DNA of 64,000 nt, taken from contig OZ037765.1 of the NCBI GenBank assembly GCA_964035545.1, forward strand, positions 22,505,504 through 22,569,503, in the 5' to 3' direction. Source of the DNA: Bugula neritina (Eukaryota; Animalia; Bryozoa). Each line of letters starts with the position of its first letter. Position 1 is the first letter of the stretch. Both the position numbers and the translations under genes were made by a program. The notes beneath the pieces were generated by a model. The model saw only the letters and a list, made by a program, of their open reading frames with translations, was not told the origin of the DNA and did no database searches. This document shows, in pieces, positions 12,501 through 23,332 of the stretch.

Positions 12501-15500
12501 TTTCAACTGTTTTTTACTTTTATGTTGAATGCCTATAACATATAGCCTATCACATTTTTATACTGTGCACTGTAACTTTCAACAGCTTTGATTAAAGTTG
12601 TTTGCCTCATTACCCTAATTGTTGAATCGACACATGAAGACCTATTATAGGACATATACGTGTAACAAAGTTAATTGTGCATATTTCTCATTAACAAAGG
12701 CTAGGAGACAGGTGTACTGCTCATTTATCACTAGTTCACAAGTGAAAGTGCCAAACTTCAAGAAAGAGTTATCTTACCTTAAAGAGGTACAAGTTATAGT
12801 AATAATATGCATAATGTAATATATTTATTATAACGTGTATAATGTGACATATATAATAATTTAGTATGTATAATAAAGTACCTGATGTAATAAGTGGCAT
12901 ACAGCATATGCCATCTATTATTCTAGTATGCAGTTTGACAGAATATATAATATAATGAAATGTTATTCAAAATAATGCAATACATGCAATATAATGGAAT
13001 ATATTTATTTATTTATTTATTTATTTATTACTATAATATAAAAATTACATATATGCAGAGTAACATAAAATAATGCTGCAGTAGTAACAATGGTGCAAAT
13101 CAATTTTTTATCTTGTTTTCAGTTACGTGGCTTAGTCCATGATAATATCAACACGTTTTGGGGCGTGTTCTCTGACCCCTACAAACAGGGTTTCCTGTTT
13201 GATTATGCTAAACGAGGCAGTCTTCAAGATGTTCTCCTGCATTCAGAAAACAAATTTGTCCTTGACTGGGCTTTCAAGCAAGCTCTGATACGGGACCTCG
13301 TGAGTGTGAGTTTATACAGTTGAATATATAGGTAAAAAGTGAAAATATTCCTCCTAAATTTTAGCAGAAGAGTTCAACATGTTTTATACTTTCCTTAGTG
13401 CTGGCTACTATTATATAAGATACAGTTAAATTAATAGCTGTTTCTTCCTATTTTTACTATATATTTTTGCGTTATAGCTGATATTTCTTCTAAAGAACCG
13501 AGAGTGCAGAATAATTTGCACAACAGATCAAATCATAGTGTGTTAAATATAATGTTGGTTGTTAATGATGAGGTTCTCTCTAATAAACACGAAGCTGCAT
13601 GGTTTCAACAGTTGCATAGAGATGAAATTTTCATTTTTATTTGCATGTTGTCCAACTTCTTCTAAGCAGTTCAAAGTTAGCAGAGAGCAGCAACATTATA
13701 AGCTCACGAAACAGATTTTTTTTCTCCCAGGGAATGAGATTTTTACACCGAAGCTCACTCAAGTGCCATGGCAATCTCAGATCTACCAACTGTGTTATAG
13801 ATCATAAATGGCTGCTCAAGATCACTGGATTTGGACTCAACCCCTTGGTGCACAGGGAGTCAATTCAAGACCACCCAGCAGGTGTGAACAGTTGAGGCAG
13901 TAGTACTTCTTTAGCATTATAGGTTTGCTTTGCTTGAGGATAATTATTTTGTAGACAGCATTGGATTAATTTCCTTTTCAGTGTTATATAACGTGGGCGC
14001 TTTTGTCAACATACAACTCTTAATAACCAATTGACTTCAAGCTCAAGGTTATTTGTTGCTAAAATAAACTGAATACAGATTGAATTGTGTAGTAGAGAGA
14101 CGATCTAAGAGCATATTATATAGTAAGCAACAGTCTCTTGTAAATGGCTGCTAACATCTAATCAATACATCAGTTTATGAATTAGACATCTTTTTGGGGG
14201 TTGAGGTTTTTGTCATAAATTTTTGCCTCCGACAAGCTTTTGCACACTCAAATTACAATGTACTAAAATTTTTGAGCCTTTAGTTTTTAATTTTAGGTCA
14301 TAATATAGCAATTCATTTGATCTGCTAATTTAAGCTGAAACCAAAGTTAGCTTGTACTGTACTTGTACTAGATACTATTTATACAAGTTTGGTTTCTTGT
14401 TGACTTGCATAGCATGGCTATGGACAGCCCCGGAGCACCTCCGAGATCCTGCATTAACTGACACAGCTAAAGGAGATATCTATAGCTTTGGTATAATACT
14501 CCAGGAAGTTATTACAGAAACGCCTCCTTTTGGTACTGGAGATTTGCAGCCCACTGGTGAGTTGGACTTGTGCCAAATCTTGACATAAGAACTTGCAGTC
14601 TAAGTTGACAAAGCAGCAAAACTTTCTAAATAAGGAAATACTAGATTTCAATGTCATGTAGTGTGCTTGACGGTGTTCGGTAAAATTGGCACAGTAAAAA
14701 TAGCACAGGTAATTAATGGCACAAGTGGCAAAGTAGGTAAAAATGGCACATTTTTAATATTAGGGTTTAGAATGGAGGGTTTGGGTTTAGGAGTTTGAGT
14801 TTGGAGTTTGGGAAAACTTAACATCAGTTTACCATTTTTGCTTTTACATTTGTGCCATTATTACATGTGCCATTTTTACCAGTGCCATTTTACCTAAAAT
14901 CGTGCTTGGCTAATGCCAACTTGTGATCCCAAAGTTGGTGCAGTAATGCAGACTCCCCTTTCTCTCTTGATTTGACATTCACAGAGACTCAGGCTACTAA
15001 TATTGGATATATAAACTCAAATATGATATGAATTTATATGGCTCATAACTATAATACTGTAATCTTATGATCTTACCTTTTAACCTAAATATTAGCAGGG
15101 TGCTCCCTTAATTATGTTATATTCTTTATTAAAGTCTCTATACATATTATGATATACTAAAAATTGAAAAATAATGCTCTACTATTTTATTTCAGAGATT
15201 TTACGGAAGTTGATAAAGCCTCCCCCATTGTGCAGACCGTCTGTGTCTAACGGCTTGGCTCCACCTCCTTACATTCACATGATGAAGGAGTGCTGGGCGG
15301 AGTCTGTTGAAAAGCGGCCATCTTTTGATGACATCACAAGGCAACTAAGGGAAATGAATAAAGGAGAGTGAGTCAACTTAAAATCGGTTGTAAAAAATGC
15401 TTTTACAAAAATGCAAACTAATGTCTTACGTGTATATATATATAGTAACACATTTTATTAATCACAGGCCTATTCCCAATGTTCTATGATATGCAATAAT

Positions 15501-17992
15501 TATGGTATACTATTTGTAATAGTTAAATATACTATTAATATTTGAAACAAAAGAGAAAACCTTAAGTTTCTATCATATGAGACATACAATTTGTCCATAT
15601 GTTACATGCAACATAATGTTAAAAACCAAATTACATTTTCGAAAGCTTTTTACCAATTTCCAAACGCACACTTCAAGAAGGCCTATATAACTTGTGGTTT
15701 GTACTCATGGAGAATATGTTATATAATTCATTGCTGCATTATTTAGTGTATTGGTAAAACCTGCACTCTTTTATTTCAGAAAAATTAATGTTATAGACAG
15801 TATTTTAAAAAAGTTAGAAAAGCACTCTCTCCATTTGGAAGAGATTGTGGTTGAAAGAACTTTACAACTTGAAGGCGAGAAAAAGAAAACCGAACAGCTT
15901 TTAAGTCGAATGCTTCCAAAGTAAGCTTAATTTTATTTTCTACTTTTATAAACACTTTATACTCTTCTAATTATTTACTCACTTGTCTAAAAAACTGTAA
16001 GTTAAGACTATAACTACCAAATTTTCTACCAAACTTGAAACTTCAATTCTTTTGAGTATTATTTTTATTTCATATGCAATTACAAATATACATAATATAA
16101 TATTAATATCTTTTAGTAATTTAGATACTATAAAATTTTGTGGTTATATAGCAAGATACCATATAGTTTGTATAGGCCGGTACATAATTTTAGAATGAAA
16201 GTTATTTCAAAGTTTGTAACATTTAAATTTGAAGCGATAAAGTAATAAACTTGATTCCCAGGATGCCAGTGCACGCTGAATTTTGAAAATATTGATAGGA
16301 CAACTACTTATCAAATGTCAATAAAACAGTTAGTACTGCTCAATCATCTAACAATTAGATTAAAAAGGACGTGGTGAGTGTAGTGTAAAATATTTTTACG
16401 CTTAATTATAAAGTACATAAAAATAAAACCGATTTCACGAAATAACCTAGATTAAAAAATCTTAAATGATATAAGATGCAGTTACAGCTTGTCATTATAA
16501 TAGGCTAGTTATATTTGAGCTTTGCACTGAAAGTCTGAAGTTGTATACAGTCCTAGTTACAAGAACTAGGTGTTGAAAGATTTATATTGCACTAATCCTC
16601 TTCAAAACTTCAAAACATATTGTTGATAGTACCAATATGTCAAGCTATTATAAATCTGATGTACTATAATATGGCTATATCATCACATCACATATGCTAT
16701 TTCCCTTACAGGTCTGTAGCTGATGAACTCAAAGCAGGTAATTCTGTTCACCCTGAACACTATGAGCAGGTTACTATATTCTTCAGTGACATCGTTGGTT
16801 TTACTACGATATCAGCGGCTAGTACACCACTGCAAATAGTAACACTCCTAAATAGACTGTACACGCGGTTTGATGAGATTATAAGCCACTATGATGTCTA
16901 CAAGGTAAGTGCATTACTATATATATGTGCTTATATGTGCTTGAATAATCGTGATAGAGAGGTTATGTTAGTTCAATGCATGTGCGTAGGTATACACTTT
17001 ATGGGGCATGGTAAATGCTTATTATAGCGGTATGTTATTGTGATATTATAAGACAAGGCTATGTTTGTTATTTATATTTTGAGATACATGAAAAAACACA
17101 CACTCGCGTTGCGAGCACTGTTTCCTTGTTGGCTTTACTCATATTCATGTTTAATCAAATTAGTAATAAAATATCTAACTGCTATGAATTAACAACATAT
17201 CTGTAAGATTCTAGTTATTTTAGTATATATGGGGTATCATTGAGTCAAATGCTTATGAGTAAGTATCACTAGTTTATTATGATAAGAGTGATCCTATACT
17301 CTCCAAATATAAGCAACAACGTAGTGTGTAAAATGTCAATAACCTCCAACAGCTAAAAGGTTTATGCCTATACAGCAGTAGGGGATATCGGACTACATAA
17401 TATGAATATTACTTGTAATTATTATATCAAAGAATAGTACATTTAGACAATTATTTTTGGCACAGGTGGAAACTATTGGTGATGCATACATGTGTGTAAG
17501 TGGACTACCACAGAGAAATGGTATAAAACATGCCGGTGAAATAGCCACAATGGCCTTAGAGCTGCTCAGTGCTATAGCAGAAATGAAAGTTCCACATTTA
17601 CCTCTTGTAAGTACACCTCGTTTTATAAAATGTATAAACGAGGTCTCATAATTAGTAACACAACTCTAAATAATTCTAAATCTCTAGGTAGAATTCTAAT
17701 TTAATGACATCTGCTAGGAAGTTTACACATTGATCAGCCACACAAACTACTGTTCTTGTATGACATCTCATAATAGTAGCAAGACTGTTTGTTAAAAAAT
17801 TAAATACTTGCAAATAAAAAACATGAGTGTTGTAATACTATTATCTAGGCAACGAATAACGTATTGTGAATGCTATATTATATATGTCAAGTTACATAAC
17901 TGTTTGTGTATAAATTTGTGTGTGTGCATGTGTGAGTGTGTGAGTGTGTGCGTGTGTGCGTGTGTGCGTGTGTGCGTGTGTGCGTGTGTGCG

Positions 17993-18024
<32 letters not shown>

Positions 18025-21000
18025 CATAAAAAGTATTATATGTATTGCATTGGTTTTTATTATTAACATTGTGGTGCTATTTATTCTTTCCAATAATTCC
18101 TAATAATAACTCATACGCACATGCAGGTTCCTCTCAAGCTAAGAATAGGGTGTCACTCAGGACACTGTGCGGCTGGTGTCGTTGGTCTGACAATGCCAAG
18201 ATACTGCTTGTTCGGTGATACTGTAAACACAGCATCTAGAATGGAGTCTCACAGCCAAGGTTTGTGAGAAAATTACATATAGCTCTTTAGATGTATAACA
18301 TGGTCATGCTAAATTAATTTATGAATTTAGATTTTAGAAGATAAAAATTTGTTCAATTAAGTTGTGAATGCTTAGCCTTTTTACTATACAGTCTAATGGC
18401 TAACCGAACATATTTAACCTTTAGTCTCTACAAATGCATTGCTGTTACAGAACTGATCACTGCGTTCGGCGCCTCCTCATACTATATCTATCTATAATTA
18501 GATGCTGATAGTATCCCACATGCATAATAATAACATGTATTACTTATAAAAATACTTATAACTATATAATAAAGAGGACAAAATGCCCTTTCTATCTAAT
18601 ACTTATGCATCATATACAATTCAGTGAAAAAAGATATCATAATCATAATAATTAATTAGGATTATTTGCAAAATGTATGCGGGTATAATGACATTTTGAC
18701 CTTGACATTAGTTCATTGCAGGATATACTTCTACGCTATCTGGACTCATTCAACAAATTATCAATAATCAGTACAATGTTTATTATAGTTAATATGTGCT
18801 TGTATAAACATGAAAAATAAACATGCTTTGCATGATAATTTCATTTGACTATAGCAAATACTTGAGAATCTACTCATCCAGTGCAAATCTCCCTGTTGTA
18901 AACAAACTAATAATGTGAACTAGTGCAATGATTCATGTTCCCCTAATCAATATACCAAATATCAGAGTTTTTAAGTAATATTCCCAACAACTAAATTATA
19001 AATTTGGGTCTTTTGTAAACTTACAAAAGTTTTTACCTAAAACAAAATTTGCACCTGCATTTCTTTTATTACTCATAACCGATATTAGAAATTATGGGCA
19101 ATCGTATTTGTGGTCATTTTTCAAGTTTTTAAAACCCGGCTTACAGCAAAATGGTTTTAGCAATAACTGCATTAAAGTAATTAAGTATAGAAATCTATAA
19201 ACTGATAGTTTTCTCAATAGTATTTTGATTTTTCATTTTCATGCGCAAAAACTAAGGATTTTAAACTAGTAAACTAGTTGAAATCTTGTATAAGTATTTT
19301 ACTAATTTAATCTTATACTTGCTAAAATAATGCGGCCGGCAGTTATACTGGATTTTCATAGTAAATTTTTTTATTGTTTTACCTGAACTTTAAAAATAAA
19401 TGTGGCTTTATAGATGTTTAGATTATGCTTTCAAAAGCATTTAAGGCCATATTTTTGAACTCTTGTTTGCATAAGATTTTTAGATATAAAAGCGTTCATA
19501 TATTATAATAATTGTACAAGTGATAGTAGGAATAACATTTTGATTCCTCAAAATAAAGAGAAAACCATGTTTTTTCAGAACTCTAGCACATTTTACCAAA
19601 CACTGGTATAAGTGTAAAATAATTGTCAACAACCAATCCTTGGTGTTGTTTTGAAGGTATAAACAGGCTTGGCTATTTCAAATAGTACCTAATATGTAAA
19701 TGCCCTCTAGTTTGTGTCAAGTCAAGTTAAACTTGCTGTTTAACTTGAATTTACATAAAAAGACATATATGTGGCATAAAGTCATAGCTGTACACATATG
19801 ATGGTATTTTGTAGCTGACAGGATTCACTTGAGCAAAGATACTAAAGATCTACTGGACCAGCTAGGAGGTTATATTACCAGAGACAGGGGGCTCACAGAG
19901 ATAAAGGTGTGTTTCCCTCACGTAATATGCAGTGAAAGTGGCAGCACTTTGGCTCTAGAGCTTTTATCATAGTAAATTAACTACAATCTAATAAGGAGAG
20001 GCAGCATCAGATGTCAAAAGCAATTAGGAAGATGACTCATGGCAGCAATTAGGTCACTTAATTCCCAGCATCTCTGCAATATAAAAATATTATTAGCATG
20101 CTAAAAGTAATACAAATCGCTAAGGAGGAAATGAAAACCCAGGTTAAGGCCGACTAATACAGGGAAGTTCTATCAAAAATAAATGTTCACAATTTTGTGG
20201 TTAAGTCTGCGAAAAACTGGAGTTTTAGAAATAGCAGACCTCAGTTTGACAAAGCTCTTTAACCTTTGCTGTGTTTAACTTCAATTAGTGGGTTGATTAC
20301 TGCCTTTGTTGCATGTACTAGATGAACATACATTTTTATTTGTAACATAAAAATTTTTTTGCAGCAACATAGTTTGCACCTTAATAGCAACTGGACTCAA
20401 CTGTTCAATTATAAACTGTACTAAAATTTGCTCAGACAAGGTCTATTGAAAAAATCATTTTAGTAGGCATTTTTTTGAATTCACAGAAGCCTATTTTTCA
20501 TGGAACTATTCAAACAAATTCAAAGAATTAAAGTAGTCAAACAAAAGAGCTGAAGTAAAATCAATAATTTACTATTCTGAAAATTTATCTCAGTTTTTAT
20601 GTAATACAATGAACTTGTCACAAGTGCAGTTTCTTAAATAATGCATGATTGTGAGTTCAAAATAAGCAAATTTTTTCCCTAAAGTTTGAAGCTGGTGAAT
20701 AATTAAAATAAGACCCATTATATATTTTACTGATGAAGCTTTTGAGTTCCAGTTCTTGAAAATAACAAGAATTAAATGTGACTTTAAGATGAAAGTTGAC
20801 CTAAAAATATAAAAAGTGGAACTATTTTCTTGAGTATTGAAGGCGGAGCATGCTTTTATTTTGCAATCCTTTGACTTTGTTTTAAGCAGTGTTAGATATC
20901 TTGAATAGTTTACAAAAGTGTTACACTTGGCAACTACAAAGTAAGGCATGTATGAAATGCTTGCAACTTTCACTCATTTGGGTCTAAAACATCTCAAACA

Positions 21001-22635
21001 TGATATAGCCAGTTACTTGTGAAAGTGAGAGAGTTTAAACAGAGATTAATACCCACCAACTGTAACTGTAGTATTATATGAATAAGTTTTTTGAGTAAGC
21101 TGTAGTAAATGTTAGTGCATTGAACTTTAATTCTTAGTTTACTGCGATGATTCTATATATCTCAAGTAATAAATAGTTCAAGACTATTCAATAGACTACA
21201 TGTTTAGCTAAGTTCAGTCATTGTTATTTATCTCTATGATATCACATTGAGTGTGTGATAATATATATATTCAAATTTTGTATTGTATGCCCTTTCTTTA
21301 ACAACACAAACTTTATTATGCTGGGCATTTTATGAACTTCCTAAATTTAGTTGTTCGATCATGACCTTTAAATTGTTAAGTGTTCAGTTTATTTTTAATT
21401 TTAATTGAAAATAATCGAATATAAGGAACTTGGAGAGAAAAGATGACACAATGTTGTGACACTAACAGATAGGGAAAAGCAATTCACCCAGCTGCCAGCT
21501 TTAAGTGTTTTCAATTAGCTGCATACAACTCCCTTGTTCCATGTTTTAAAGCTCTGGTAGAGATATTGAGATAGCCTAAGTTCTTTGATTTTCTCAATTT
21601 CTCCATTGCTGTACCTCCCCCTCTCTTGTTCCGTGTTTTAGAGCAAAGGAAAGATGCAGACATACTGGCTGGTTGGTAAAGAAGGTTTCAGTAAACCACT
21701 GCCTCAACTTGCTGAAGACAGTGACAAGTGAGTGAGACACTCCTATCTCCCTGTACTGTAAATGGGTGAACTGATTTTAAGATGGGTTTATGCAGTACGG
21801 TAGAAATTGAATTCACACTTTACCCATCGACATTAAACTAAAAAAAATTACGAACTGATAATTTTTCATGGATTCTGAGAAGTACTTGACTGTACTTGAA
21901 TTAAATAATGTTATTTCAAACTCGAATATCTATAATAGTCTAAGCATTGATGCAACAGAATTTCGTCTACCTTACACATATATTGCATTATAGTAAATTA
22001 ACTACAAAGCAACATCAAACTTTTTTTCTTCATCTTTAATAATATATTGTTTCAGTGAAACAGCAAATCATGGATTGGAGAGTTTGCTGAAGGAAGAAGA
22101 ACTGCAACAACTGTTAGACGGAGTGCTGCAAAACACTTCTTCAAACCAACGCATGTCTCATCCGCCCATCCCTGTGTCATCTAAACCAAATAAACAGCAA
22201 ACCATATGTAGCCAGACAGCTTCTAATGTAAACAGCTTTCAACCAGTCGAAATAGGCATACGAAATAACAAACAGCTTCTAAGTAACAGGCAAGATAAGT
22301 CAAGTATTGAAGAATCTTCGAAAATTAACTTTAAATCAAAGAATTTGTCTTCACATGAAAAACATAATGGATCTCTGTTAGCAAATGCTAAAGAAAAAAA
22401 TACAGCTAAATTTCTCAGCAAGTCTTCTAAAAATAACCATTTACCGAATAACCCATCCCTGAAAGAGAAAGTAGCGGCGAGTAAAGTCCATAAAGTGCAA
22501 GTTAAACCAGTCAATGCTGCTCTTGAACCTCAGAACAGAGTCTCTCCAAGTAGCTCTAACACTTCCTCTAGCACAACCTTTACTGGTGTATCTATGGGTC
22601 AAGGACAAATAGATATAGGTCAAATAACCCAATAG
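9591..22635 (+). CDS. Membrane guanylyl cyclase, retinal-GC (GUCY2D/2F)-like: TM + kinase-homology + coiled-coil + cyclase domain, about 842 aa, no recognisable ectodomain
   Basis: Exons 9591-9673, 10143-10353, 11652-11783, 12700-12786 (acceptor slightly uncertain), 13123-13305, 13731-13881, 14413-14556, 15196-15367, 15780-15920, 16712-16904, 17466-17606, 18127-18259, 19815-19906, 21642-21727, 22056-22635 sum to 2529 nt in frame. Motifs: [27 protein letters not shown]; [36 protein letters not shown]; [14 protein letters not shown]; [55 protein letters not shown]. Confidence 0.93.
14671..14902. mobile_element. MITE-like element with compound terminal inverted repeats
   Basis: Left arm has repeated GGTAAAAATGGCAC-like units, right arm GTGCCATTTTTACC-like units; central TTAGGGTTT/GAGTTT tract; GTGCTTG direct repeat at both ends (14663-14669, 14902-14908). 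Confidence 0.8.
17917..18024. repeat. (GT)n/(GTGTGC)n compound microsatellite
   Basis: Directly visible in the guanylyl cyclase intron. Confidence 0.97.
21556..21618. mobile_element. Internally deleted relative of the 28143-28298 element
   Basis: Shares GAGA.ATTGAGATAGCCTAAGTTCT and CTCAATTT(T)CTCCA..(G)TACCT with that element. Confidence 0.5.
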
Positions 22636-22880
22636 ACTATTAGGTACATGACAATACGTTTAGTCAAAGAAGTAAGTTCATTGCTTCCAATTTCCAGCCT
22701 TTAAAAGGTGAAATACAAAGCAAATTATTGCAATTATATTGATATTTTGTATTTAATAATAGTTTGTAATTTTCAATATGAACTTCTACTATCCGCTGTC
22801 ATCTAATAAGAAGCTATCACTATACATTTACAATTTTATTTATTTCAGTTATTTTGCTACATAAAGATATATGTTTAAAT

Positions 22881-23332
22881 AACTAGAATACAATATTTTT
22901 CTAAACTTTAATACTGGGTGAGTTGAACTAAACAACATAACATTCTGATAGTTCTTATTATAGAAACAGGCTGTTTATCTGGAAAGTCTCGGAATGATTA
23001 CTATCACTGTCCTTTCTAGGATATAAGTTACCATCAGTGAAAAGCCATACTTCATTACTCATGATTTGACAGTAACAAGTGTTAGAATTTTAAAACTCAC
23101 ACTTCATGCTTAAACAACTAGAATATAATGTTTTTATAAACTTTGTCACTGGGTGAGCTGAAATAAACAATATAGCATTCTGCTAGTTCTTATTATAGAA
23201 ACAGGCTGCTTATCTGGAAAGTCTGGTATGATCATTATTACTATCCTTTCTAGGAGTTACCATCAGTGAAAAAGCCATAACACTTCAATACTCATGATTT
23301 GACAGTGACAAGTGTTAGAATTTTAAAACTCA
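22881..23332. repeat. Two-copy tandem duplication, period about 235 bp
   Basis: 22881-23099 and 23116-23332 share long blocks such as TAGTTCTTATTATAGAAACAGGCTG, AGTTACCATCAGTGAAAA and TACTCATGATTTGACAGT.ACAAGTGTTAGAATTTTAAAACTCA. Confidence 0.92.

Noticed and set aside
17808-18093. CV- and HT-repeat ORFs
   Set aside because: Translations of the GT microsatellite inside a cyclase intron.
20590-20973. 127-aa minus-strand ORF inside a cyclase intron
   Set aside because: Non-ATG start, composition typical of AT-rich non-coding DNA, no recognisable motif.
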